The notes beneath the pieces are model-generated. The model was not told the DNA's origin, did no database searches, and saw only the letters and a program-made list of their open reading frames with translations. From Dendrobates tinctorius (lineage: Eukaryota), in assembly GCF_039654945.1 (NCBI RefSeq), contig NW_027361788.1, forward strand, positions 21,390,001 to 21,454,000: a DNA stretch of 64,000 nucleotides. Direction: 5' to 3'. Below are positions 52,101-63,052 of the stretch, piece by piece (position 1 is the first letter of the stretch; each line of letters opens with the position of its first letter). The position numbers were made by a program, and so were the translations under genes.

Positions 52101-55100
52101 ACGGGTGTACCACTGCTGTAAGGTCACAGTCTGCAGCCTCATATGGCTCTTATCACCACACAATGTCCGGGATCAGATCTTGTAAAGTAAATTTCAGCTT
52201 CTCCGACTCTTTGCAGTTCTTTATCCTGCAGAAAGAGGAGAAAGGACTAATTATTTAGTTACCAGGATATGTATTTGCACAAAGGTTACTGATTGACTCG
52301 TTCGGCCCGCTGTATATTCCTGCCATCATTTTACACTTAAGGTACTGTCACACTTAGCGATGTACCAGCGATCCCGACCAGCGATATGACGCGGTCAGGA
52401 TCGCTGGTACATCGCTAAGTGGTCGCTAGTGAGCTGCCACACAGGCAGATCTCACCAGCGACATCGCTGGAGACGGGGATCGCTACTTACCTGTCACACC
52501 AGGCGATCCTGCATCCTCCCGCCCGGCTCCAAGCGTCGCTCGTCGTCACAGCAGGAAGCCCAGCAGGAAGCAGATGACGAGAATCGGTCCAGGACGTTCT
52601 CGCGCGATCAGCGATAACCAGCGGGGGAGCCGGTCGTAGGTAAGTATCAGACACAGCGATATCGCTAGCAATATCGCTATAACGTCACAAGTTATAGCGA
52701 TATTGCTAGCGATATCGCTTAGTGTGACATGCCCTTTATTCTGGGAAAGTCTGTGACCTGAGCTCTAGTGGGATATGAGGGGTCGTACATCCTTCTTGTG
52801 TATTCATTCGGGGTAACGTGTCGAGCAGCGCTCCAGACCCAAGTCCTGTGTTTGATGTTCGACATGGGATGTAGTTCTTTGAGCCTGTCTTAGCTGTTGT
52901 GTAGATGGAGGAGGCTGGTTTTGGTGGTGGCAGATCGAACTATTCCATACTAATCAATTGGTTTGTGAAAAAATAAAAAACAGTACACAGATGATACTGA
53001 TAGTAGAACCGGGGACACAGACAAAACATTGGATCCAGCACACTGCATTTATTTTATTTATTTATTTTCCACTGGGTTTCAACGATGTCATGAGACAACT
53101 GTCACGTGAGCCGTAATCTGCGAGAGATAACTCTGGCACACAGGCTGACATGTGGCTCATACGTCCTTCACAATGCAGGAGGTGTGACACTGCAGCCGGC
53201 AGCACTCGGGGCTGGAGCTGGGGTGTAAGCTTTTCTAATGACCCTCTATATACACTAGTAATGAGATGTATATCTATATACACAGGCGTGCTTCAATACA
53301 CTAAAACAGTAGTGGCGAACCTATGGCACGCAGAGGGGGCACTCGGATCCCTCTCTGTGGCCCGCGTGGCATTATACCAGGATGGGAGGGTTGTTAAACC
53401 AGGACGAAGGGGGAGGGATTGTTATACCAGGATGGATGGAGTGGGGTGGGGGTGGCGTTATACCAGGATGGGGGGGACGGAGGCTTTACACCAGGATGGG
53501 GGTGGATCTTTATGCCAGGATGGTGCGGCTTTATACCAGGATTGGGGAGCATTATACCAGAATGAGGCCAAAAACCTCAGTATTCAGGTTAAATTGCTGT
53601 GTTGGCACTATGTGAGTAGATAAGTCAGTTTTGGGCTGCAGTTTGGGCACAGTCTCTAGAAGGTTCGCGATCACTTTCTTACAGCTTGTGTATGAAAGAT
53701 GCCTGGGACATTAGCCTTGAAAGTCCAAGCACATGTGCATTAAATCCTGCAAGCCCATTTCCGATGTAAGGGATAGTTTCAGAAATGTCTGCAGATGCAC
53801 CGTATGTAAGTATAGTACACCAATGTTGTTAACGTCTTCTGTTGGAAAGCCCTTGTATCTGGCTGATGGTGATCCCCGGATATTGGCGCTGACTAGAGAG
53901 GCTATCTTTTACTCTACAAATCAACATCATCAATTCTAATTGTTTTTCAGGTCGGTTAAATAAAGCAGAGCAGGAGAAGGAGCAGCGCCATGGTAAAGGA
54001 GAGCAACGACGGGAACGCTCCCCAGACAGGGGGCAAAGAAAGCGAGATGATGAGGAGGAGACCAGAGATCAGAAAAGACATGCACACTCCGGCAGCCGAG
54101 ACAAGAGACATCGAGCGAAAAGCCCGGACAGAGAGAAAGAGAAGAAAAAGCAAAAACGGGAGGAACCCAGGTAGACACTCAGACAAGGGGGCGAGAAGCT
54201 GCTCGGGGCAGTGTCCGGATATCTGGTCGGTTGCAGGATGTGATATTTCCACATTCTGTTTCCTCTGTGATAATATCACTGAAGCCAGAGGTCGATATAA
54301 CCACACAGGGACGTCCTGATCGTCTGCACTTCACCTTTTATGAATGATGCCCTAGTCTCTTATGTCCTGTGCTTTCTGCTGTTAATAAATATCCATGTTT
54401 TTCTGAACTTGAGCGGCTTTCTTCCACAAATCATGCCTCACCAGGTCAAAGGCTGTATGTGGTACTGCATTTCAGCCGCCGCCTCTTCAGTGGAGCCGCT
54501 GTGCAGCGCCAGACACAAGCCATAGATACGTGTAAGGCTGTTTTTGGAGAAAAGTGGACATTTTTCTTTTTTATAGTTACTATTCTTTCGTCTTTGTTGA
54601 TCTTTTCTCTTTTTCCCAGTTGGTTACATCGCGACCTGAAAGTTCGATTTATTGACAAACGTTACAAAGGAGGAAAATACTACAACTCCAAGGTAATGCC
54701 TGCTGAAGGAGATGCTGCGGGATCCACAGGGGAAAATTGGGGCGCCTCCATTATTCCACACTCCCAAGTAGCCCGTAGATAATGGCTGTGACACCGACAC
54801 TGTTAACCTGGTACATGCTGCTGTCACTTTCAGACACCGACATTAACAGTGCACTGCCATGGTTCTAGTATCCAAAAAAAAAAGACAGGGAGGAAAAAAT
54901 TACACGTAACCCCCCCCCCCCCCCCCCCGAACTTGGCCATGTCGGGGAGAGGGGGTAAGGGATTGGTTTTAATGCCTTTGAATTGGTTTTATATGAAACT
55001 TGAGTCTAACTAAATCCAAGCAATGATAAGAGCCGGCCTCTATAGCTTCTTCTATTCCTGAGCCCCCGACATGGATCCAGAGCGCCTACTTGTGAAGCTG

Positions 55101-57357
55101 CAGTCTGCGCTCCCCACACTTCACCAGCCCAGCTGGGCTGACCTCGTTTCTCAGTGGGGCAGATAAAGGAGCCTGGCATTCGCTGGTACACAGGCCGGTC
55201 CTGCGTGTGTGGGGGAGGGGTGGTCACATACGCTGGCGCTGAGGGATATTTTTGTGCAGTAGTCTTGTGGCTTCTTTATGGCCCTAAATGGCACAGAGAC
55301 ACAGCTTTATTATGTATCTTCCAAATCACTTTATAGACAGATAAAAAAAAAAAAAGCATTGCAAAATCCCCAAGCTCACTGAACGATTCTTATTTAACTC
55401 TTTCTGCAGGCAGCAGTGTGCAATGATACAAAAGAGGCTGCAAAAGGTGCAAAAATTTTAATGAAACCTAATTACAAAAAGTCACCAAAAAATCAAAACC
55501 GAGGTTGATGTGTTGTTGACGCTGATCAGAGGGCAGATGTAAGAACGGTCACCTCGCTGCTCATTTCTTGTGTCGGTTTCATGGTTTTCACACTCGGCCT
55601 CTGTCCTTTCAGACATGAGGGGCATCGAGTAAGATAACAATCCTCATCCATCCTTTTTTCTTTTTCTTTGTGCAGATGGTGGTAGAAGATGTTTTGAGCC
55701 CCACGACCTGCGTGTGTCGGACAGAAACTGGACATATCTTGGAAGGTAAATACAAGCCCCAAAACAGCATCCAGGGATTGCCCCTCTGGTGCCGAATCCA
55801 CATTCATATTCTCTTTCCCACAGATATAAAGCAGGACATGTTGGAGACTGTGATCCCCAAAGAGGAGGGAGAACATGTGATGGTGGTGTTGGGAAAACAT
55901 CGCGGGCAGGCAAGTAGATAAGTCTCAGAATATATCCTTCTGCATTCAGTGAGAACGCCAACTGGAGCTACAGCCGCAGCTTCGGATACAGGAGGATAGA
56001 ATTTCACATTTTAACAAGCCCCCCCAGCCTCAGATATAATTTTTAAAAGGACCTTTCATGTTGCCCGAACCATGACAGGCGCTGTGTGTGTGTGCCACCC
56101 TAACCATGACAGACGCTGTGTGTGCGCCGGCCGAACCATGACAGACGCTGTGTGTGCGTGCCGGCCGAACCATGACAGACGCTGTGTGTGCGTGCCGGCC
56201 GAACCATGACAGACGCTGTGTGTGCGTGCCGGCCGAACCATGACAGACGCTGTGTGTGCGTGCCGGCCGAACCATGACAGACGCTGTGTGTGCGTGCCGG
56301 CCGAACCATGACAGACGCTGTGTGTGCGTGCCGGCCGAACCATGACAGACGCTGTGTGTGCGTGCCGGCCGAACCATGACAGACGCTGTGTGTGCGTGCC
56401 GGCCGAACCATGACAGACGCTGTGTGTGCGTGCCGGCCGAACCATGACAGACGCTGTGTGTGTGTGCCGGCCGAACCATGACAGACGCTGTGTGTGCGTG
56501 CCGGCCGAACCATGACAGACGCTGTGTGTGCGTGCCGGCCGAACCATGACAGACGCTGTGTGTGCGTGCCGGCCGAACCATGACAGACGCTGTGTGTGCG
56601 TGCCGGCCGAACCATGACAGACGCTGTGTGTGTGTGCGCCACCCTAACCATGACAGACGCTGTGTGTGTGAGCCGGCTGAACCATGACAGACGCTGTGTG
56701 TGCCCCGCTCGAACCATGACAGGCGCTGTGTGTGCGCCACCCAAACCATGACAGACGCTGTGTGTGTGCCGCCCAATGTGTCTTACCATGAAATAATGTA
56801 GAGTTTCATGGAGGACAAACTCGGGAAAACTGTCCGGGACACGGACGATTAATGTGAGGCTGGTCCCCAGGATCTTCAGGCTTCCTTCCAGGACCATCCA
56901 TAAGGACCCTTCCATTCTCAGTGATGGCCACCATCGTACTTTGAGACTACTACACCCAACATCCAGAGTTCACAATGTGCTTTGTGTTTCTGTGGCTGCA
57001 GCTGTGTTTGACATCCGACTCTTACATGCAAATGACGCTGCACGCAAATCCGGTGTTGGACGCCGACCGCAGCGGATGCGGAGATGTTACAGCTCAGATT
57101 GTGCTCATTACATAGAGACTGGCGATGAGCTGAGGCTCTACAACACTACAACTCCCATCGTGTCCTGACAGCTAGAGACAGAAGGGGTCGTATGTATCCA
57201 CTAACTCGCCACACTTTCTCTTTCCTAGGTGGGGAAGATCCTACATAGAGAGCGGCAGAAGAACCGAGCGCTTGTGCAGCTAGAGGGGGACATCGATGAT
57301 GCCGTCACCTTCAGCTATGACGTCATATGCCACTACACCGCCATGCGAGAGGACTGA
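43034..57357 (+). CDS. GPKOW: G-patch domain and KOW motifs-containing protein (Spp2/MOS2 orthologue), 11 coding exons, 485 aa
   Basis: Exons 43034-43185, 46303-46454, 47581-47711, 50958-51064, 51551-51755, 51839-51971, 53951-54170, 54620-54692, 55676-55745, 55824-55909, 57229-57357 join in frame (1458 nt). [10 protein letters not shown]-terminus, G-patch [27 protein letters not shown]...[12 protein letters not shown] motifs. Confidence 0.93.
45663..46058. mobile_element. CpG-rich Harbinger-like MITE, family A copy 2 (GPKOW intron 1)
   Basis: Near-identical to 12159-12541. Confidence 0.85.
46303..46454 (+). CDS. GPKOW: GPKOW exon 2
   Basis: [20 protein letters not shown]...[11 protein letters not shown]. 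Confidence 0.88.
46600..47400. mobile_element. Third fragment of the AT-rich interspersed DNA element
   Basis: Shared blocks with 19970-20970. Confidence 0.45.
47581..47711 (+). CDS. GPKOW: GPKOW exon 3
   Basis: ESRKK...[29 protein letters not shown]|GTAAGT. Confidence 0.88.
48530..50335 (-). mobile_element. Full-length but defective Tc1/mariner transposon, DD37E type
   Basis: TA TSD; TIR CAC(CAT/TGG)GTGCAGAATTATTAGGCAA; transposase from 50108 (MGQKRDL...HTH) through [30 protein letters not shown] with in-frame stops. Confidence 0.92.
48681..48917. mobile_element. Near-perfect palindromic GC-rich MITE nested in the Tc1-like element
   Basis: GGCTAGTTTCACACTAGCGC TIRs extending ~100 bp; TTA TSD. 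Confidence 0.9.
50420..50730. mobile_element. hAT-type MITE
   Basis: TAGTGATGAGCGA / TCGCTCATTACTA ends with long internal inverted arms; degenerate 8-bp flanks. Confidence 0.72.
50958..51064 (+). CDS. GPKOW: GPKOW exon 4 (G-patch)
   Basis: [35 protein letters not shown]. Confidence 0.93.
51551..51755 (+). CDS. GPKOW: GPKOW exon 5
   Basis: [20 protein letters not shown]...[14 protein letters not shown]. Confidence 0.92.
51839..51971 (+). CDS. GPKOW: GPKOW exon 6
   Basis: [33 protein letters not shown]. Confidence 0.92.
52340..52735. mobile_element. CpG-rich Harbinger-like MITE, family A copy 3 (GPKOW intron 6)
   Basis: Same ends; TTA TSD. Confidence 0.85.
53308..53676. mobile_element. hAT-type MITE with internal TTATACCAGGATGG repeats
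   Basis: CAGTAGTGGCGAACCT / AGGTTCGCGATCACT ends. Confidence 0.55.
53951..54170 (+). CDS. GPKOW: GPKOW exon 7 (charged linker)
   Basis: TTTTTCAG acceptor; open R/K/E-rich frame; phase-compatible AG|GTAGAC donor. Confidence 0.8.
54620..54692 (+). CDS. GPKOW: GPKOW exon 8
   Basis: [24 protein letters not shown]. Confidence 0.92.
55676..55745 (+). CDS. GPKOW: GPKOW exon 9
   Basis: [23 protein letters not shown]. Confidence 0.92.
55824..55909 (+). CDS. GPKOW: GPKOW exon 10 (GC donor)
   Basis: [29 protein letters not shown]|GCAAGT. Confidence 0.88.
56066..56772. repeat. Minisatellite, 34-bp unit (GAACCATGACAGACGCTGTGTGTGCGTGCCGGCC), ~21 copies, GPKOW intron 10
   Basis: Direct tandem periodicity. 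Confidence 0.96.
57229..57357 (+). CDS. GPKOW: GPKOW exon 11 (coding part)
   Basis: [18 protein letters not shown]...FSYDVICHY...ED-TGA. Confidence 0.9.
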   Translation: MGKILHRERQKNRALVQLEGDIDDAVTFSYDVICHYTAMRED

Positions 57358-57424
57358 CTTCCGCTGGAACCAACGAAGACACAACATTTTGTACATTTGT
57401 CTTTTTTTTTATTTAATACCTGTA

Positions 57425-57430
57425 AATAAA
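57425..57430 (+). terminator. GPKOW polyadenylation signal AATAAA
   Basis: ~70 bp after the stop codon. Confidence 0.65.
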
Positions 57431-58702
57431 CTTTTTGTACAATTTCTGCAGCCCTAATATGAGATTATAATCTCCCTTAAAGGCGTGCATCACAGACTAT
57501 CCCTTTAACCTGGGAACTGCATTGGCTCATGTGTGTATAGAGATCTCCATATTTATATCCATAAATTCATATATCTCTTTCACCTCATTGGGGGACACAG
57601 AGACCATGGGTGTATGCTGCTGCCATTAGGAGGCTGACACTATGCACAAAAAAAAGGTTAGCTCCTCCTACGCAGTGTACACCCCACCGACCAGCAGGAA
57701 ATTCCTTTGTTTAGCTTAGTGTCAGTAGGAGGTGGACATGGGTCTTTCATTGGACCCATATCTGCCTCGATGTGCGTCGTTCCTTTTCAGGTTTCCGGAG
57801 GGATACAGTGTGAACAGTCAAAACTGTACTCCCACAAGAGGCTATGAGTACGGCGTGTACTGTCACCCCGTATCCTCATAGTCCTCCGGGCGGACCGCAG
57901 GCTCAGCACAGGTGACGGCCAGTGAAAACGGATGGTCCTTGCCCCCCGCGTTCCACCCACTCGCCCACCAGAGCCTGTCGGTTGGACGAGGCGCGAATGT
58001 GTAAAAGATGAACAGACAGCGTGGGATGAAGAAGGTACCTTTATTGGAGCACCAGAGCAAGAAACTGCAAAATGCCTGGGAGCGGCGCCAATGTAGCGCC
58101 GCAGATGCTTGCGCGCCTCCCGACGGTCGCCGCATTCCTTTTAGGTCTGGCTGCGGTGCGGGTCTTCTTCACCCCACTGCCGGTATTGCGCGGGTTGCGT
58201 CTGGGAGCAGGGTTCTGGCGGTATCTTCTTTAGGGGCGGACGCGGCTGCGCCGCAGTTCTTCCGTGCCGACAGGTGGCCGCCGTCTCAAATTTAGTCCCC
58301 GGCTTCAGTTCGGGCCTTTGTGCCCATCGCGACCACGCCCCCCGTTCATTTTCATAGGCCGGCTTCGCTCCCGCCCGTGCCTAAGCCCTCCCACCGCCTC
58401 TAGTCTTGTGGCTGGGAAGGGGAGGGGGCGGTTTTCCTTCTGGTGCAGGCGTCTAGCTCTGCCCTTCTTACCCCTGAAACCGCGTTTTTCTTCACATCAG
58501 GCTGCCGCCATCTTTACAGCCTGACACAAAGCAGATGCCAGCGCTCCCTACTGGACCCCTGCCTTTTACAAGAGCCTAATACGTCTCTGTTGGGGACACC
58601 GGACCGTGAGTAGTATTGCAACTGCAGACTGACACCCTACTCTGCCTTTCTGTCCCCCAACCTTCCGGCATTTCCGCAGGTTTCTTCTTTTCTTCCTTCA
58701 CC

Positions 58703-60160
58703 ATGTCTAATTCTAAGCCTGAACGTAGCTGTCCGCCGGCCCCCGCGGGCACCCTAGTCCAGTTCTTCGCATGCTCCTCTTGCAATCGCAAACTTCCCTC
58801 AGGACAGCCTACTCCCCTCTGCCTGGACTGCAGCAATCCCATTCAGCATGATGCCATCCAGGAGCCAGCTACTGCGCCACGTGAAATCGAACCCCCCCAT
58901 TCCTGGCTGGGCCTCGTCTCTCACAATCTGTGGCAAACCACCAGGGTGTCTCACTCAGTCCCTAGTGGCCGTTCTTGATAAGTTGCCCCTGGACGCCTCT
59001 GCAGGGTCCAGCAGGTCGCAAGATGTTCCATCTGAGCCAGCTAGCAGAAGCCACAAAAGGCCCAGGCAGGATTTCCGGCCGGAATCCTCTCCTGGCCTCT
59101 CATCTCCACCTAGTCCTTCCCAGCAGTCGCCCTCCCGTGCCTCCTCACCCGAGTCAGGTGAAGCGTTCTCGGATATGTCTTCTGAAGGGATTTTAGACGC
59201 GGACATGAAGGTTACAGTACAGAACCTCATTGCGGCAATTAACCACACCTTCGAAATATCTGACTCCCCTGTGAAATCCTCAGATCAGGAGGTTTCGTTC
59301 AGACGGGCAGAAACACCTTCCAGGGTATTCGCTTCCCACTCTGAGTTTGGCAAGATTCTTGCCAGGGAAAGAAAATCTGACCAGGCGATTTCAAAGAGGG
59401 AAGCGCCTCGGCGTGCTGTATCCGTTTGCTAAAGAGCTCACTGACAACTGGTCTGCTTCCCCCTAGGTGGACACACCCGTGTCCAGACTTTCTAATAACA
59501 CGGTTCTCCCGCTTTCAGGTGTGGCGTCACTAAAGGATTCTAATGATAGAATTATAGAATCCTTGGCAAAGTCAGCATTCGAAGCGGCTGCAGCGGCGCT
59601 ATGTCCAGTCTTTGCCTCTTCTTGGGTAGCAAAGGCCATAGCCACTTGGGCAGAGGATCTCCGTAAGGGCATCCTAGATAAGGCCCAACCGGAGCAATTG
59701 GCCGATCTGGCCAACCAGATTTCCCATGCAGGGGATTATCTGCTTTCTGCTTCCTTGGATGCCGCGTCGTACGCTGTTCAGGCGTCAAGCAACGTGGTAG
59801 CAATCCGACGTACAATTTGGCTTAAGGCTTGGCAGGCGGACTTGTCTTCTAAAAAGTCTCTTACCAATCTGCCTTTTCAGGGAGCGTGTCTCTTTGGATC
59901 CCAGCTGGACCAGATTATTAAGGACGCCACTGGAGGCACGAGTTCCCTCCTCCCTCAGTCCAAGCCTCGCAGACCCCCGCTAAGGCGTCAGTTTCGGCCC
60001 TTTCGAGCTTTCCGCTGTTTCAATACGGCAGAGAACTTCTCTAACCAACAAAGACCGCAGGCACGCCAGGATAGAAAGGTGTCCTTCAGACCCACTCCCT
60101 CCTGGCAATCTCCTCCCAGGGCAGACCCTCCAGGTCTAGATCTGGACGGTCCACATCAGC
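58703..60160 (+). pseudogene. DIRS ORF1 (gag-like), frameshifted
   Basis: Starts MSNSKP...CSSC...CLDC; continues in ORF pieces 58848-59432 and 59467 onward (RRTIWLKAW...LPFQGACLFG). Confidence 0.75.
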
Positions 60161-60189
60161 ATGACTATCAACGAACTCCCGAGGGTCCC

Positions 60190-62027
60190 TCCCAATTGGG
60201 AGGTCGACTCCTTTTCTTCAAGGATGTTTGGCTAGCCTCAGTAGAGGACGGTTGGGTCAGGGAAGTTCTATCTTCAGGATACAAGATAGAGTTCGTTTCT
60301 CGTCCCTGGGATCGTTTCTTCGAGTCCCGACCTCCAAAAGACCCTGCCTTAGTTCCGGGGTTCTTTGCGTCTATCGCCTCACTCCTCAGTTCCGGAGTGA
60401 TTGTGCCCGTTCCCGAATCAGAACGTTTCACAGGGTTTTATTGAAACCTGTTTGTGGTGTCGAAAAAAGGCGGTACAGTTCGCCCCATCTTGGGCCTCAA
60501 GTTACTCAACAAGAGAGTCGACTGTGTCATTTCCGAATGGAGTCTCGGTAATCGCTTCCATGGAGACGCAGGAGTTCATGTGTTCAATAGACATTCAAGA
60601 TGCCTATCTACATGTTCCCATATTCTCCGGCCATCAGAAATTCCTGCGTTTCGCCAGGAACATTACCAGTTTGTTGCTCTGCCGTTCGGTCTCGCCACCG
60701 CACCCAGAGTATTTACAAAGATCATGGCGGCGTTGATGGCCTTGTTGAGAATCAGAGGTCTTGTTCTTTTTCCATACCTCGACGACATTCTGATCAAAGC
60801 TCCATCCTTTCATCAAGCTTGCCAAAGTCTTACCATCCTCCTCGACACCCTGTCCAATTTCGGGTGGCTCATCAACAAAAAGAAGTCCTGCCTTGTTCCG
60901 ACACAACGTCTTGTGTTTCTGGGTCTATTGTTCGACAGTCGTCGATCGAGGGTTTTTCTACCACAAGAAAAGATTTGTTCCCTGCAGCGGGATGTACAAT
61001 CACTGCAGATCATACGACTTCCATCTCTCCGGACAACAATGAAAGTCCTGGGAAAGATGGTGGTGGCGACAGAGGCGTTTCCCTTTGCCCAATTTCACTC
61101 CAGACCTCTCCAACACGCCATCCTGTCTCGGTGGAACATGTCTGTTCTTTCCCTGGACCGTCCATTTCGTCTTTTATACCTGGTCAAGCAGTCCTTCATT
61201 TGGTGGCTGACGTCTCCTCTCCCTGGGACGGTCATTCCTCCCCATTCACTGGCAGATTGTGACAACGGATGCCAGCCTCCTCGGCTGGGGAGCAGTGTTC
61301 TGCAATCACACTGTTCAGGGTCGATGGTCGACTCAGGAGTCACCCTGCCGATCAACGTCCTCGAGATATGAGCGATTTATCTGTCTCTCGTTCACTGGGA
61401 GACACTTCTCAGGGGCCTGCCTATCCGGATTCAGACAGACAATGCCACAGCGGTGGCATATCAACCGCCAGGGGGGGGACACGGAGTGTCTCAGCCCTGG
61501 CAGAAGTGTCCAAGATTCTTCATTGGGCAGAGGTTTCAGTCCTGGCAATATCCGCGGTGCACATTCCCGGCGTGGACAACTGGGCCGCCGATTTTCTCAG
61601 TCGCGAGGGTCTCGCGGCAGGAGAGTGGTCCCTACATTCGGAGGTATTTCTTCAGCTTTGCCGTCGTTGGGGAACCCTGGACGTAGATCTGCTAGCTTCT
61701 CGCCTCAACAGGAAAGTCCCACAGTTTGTATCCAGGGCTCGAGATCCTCTCGCAGTGGGTGCCAACGCTCTGGCCATTCCTTGGTCGCAGTTCGAGCTCC
61801 CCTACCTGTTCCCTCCCCTGCCTCTTCTTCCCAGGCTGTTGAAGAAAATCAAGGCGGAAGGAATTCCAGTCATCCTCATCGCCCTGAATTGGCCCAGAAG
61901 GTCTTGGTTCGCGGACGCCCCCTGGAAGCTTCCAGACAGAGCAGATCTGCTGTCTCAAGGTCCGATTTGCCACCCCAATTCTCGGCCGCTCAATTTAACG
62001 GCGTGGCTGTTGAGACCGAGGTTTTGA
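60190..62027 (+). pseudogene. DIRS RT-RNaseH-methyltransferase ORF, disrupted
   Basis: LGGRL...GYKIEF; IDIQDAYLHVPI; LPFGLATAPRVFTK; YLDDILI; TTDASLLGWG; HIPGVDNWAADFLSR; DVDLLAS...YLFPP...WPRRSWF; several frameshifts and stops. Confidence 0.88.
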
Positions 62028-63052
62028 AACGATCAGGATTTTCCGATCGAGTTATTCATACCATGATCCGAGCCAGGAAGCCATCGTCTTCCAAAATTTA
62101 TTACCGTACTTGGAAAGCCTATTTCACTTGGTGCGAGACCAATGACATTCCGCCCATGTGTTTTTCGCTCCCTTCTGTCCTGGCGTTCCTTCAAGTGGGG
62201 CTGGATGCGGGTCTTGCCCTCAGCTCTTTAAAGGGTCAAGTGTCGGCGCTGTCCATTTTATTTCAGAAGATGCTGGCATCCCGTCCTCAGGTCAAAACCT
62301 TCCTTCAAGGTGTGGCTCACACGGCTCCTCCGTACCGAGCGCCCGTAGATCCATGGGATCTTAATTTGGTTCTCGAGGTTCTGCAAGGTCCTCCCTTTGA
62401 ACCTCTCAGGGATGTTTCCATTTCTCTCCTTTCGTGGAAAGTAGCCTTTCTGGTAGCCATCACCTCCATCCGGCGCGTGTCGGAATTGGCGGCTCTTTCT
62501 TGCCGCTCCCCTTTCTTGGTACTCCACCAGGAGAAGGTAGTTCTGCGGCCTCCGCCCACTTTCCTTCCTAAGGTGGTGTCCACTTTCCAGCTCAATGAGG
62601 ATATTGTTCTCCCGTCCTTTTGTCCGAGTCTAACTCATCCTCAGGAGCGATCTTGGAACAAGCTGGACTTGGTCAGGGCGATGAAGGTCTACCTAACTAG
62701 GACGACTTCTTTGCGGAAGACAGATTCTCTCTTCATCATTCCAGATGGGGCGCGGAAAGGTCACCCGGCCTCCAAAGCTACTATTGCTCGCTGGATCAGA
62801 TCGGCAATTTTGGAGGCCTACCGGGTCAAACATCGAGTGGCCCCTCCGGGCATTAGAGCGCACTCTACCCGGGCAGTGGGTGCCTCCTGGGCGGTACGTC
62901 ACAGAGCTTCTGCGCTGCAGCTTTGCAAAGCTGCAACCTGGTCATCGGTTCACACGTTTGTGAAATTCTACAAGGTCCACACCTATGCTTCGGCGGACAC
63001 CAGCCTAGGTAGAAGGATCCTGCAGGCTGCGGTAGTGAGTCCGCTGGCCTGA
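62002..63052 (+). CDS. DIRS tyrosine recombinase domain (open frame)
   Basis: AITSIRRVSEL (R), AHSTRAVG (HxxR), ATWSS..TF.KFY (W, Y); C-terminal part of ORF 61259-63052. Confidence 0.85.
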
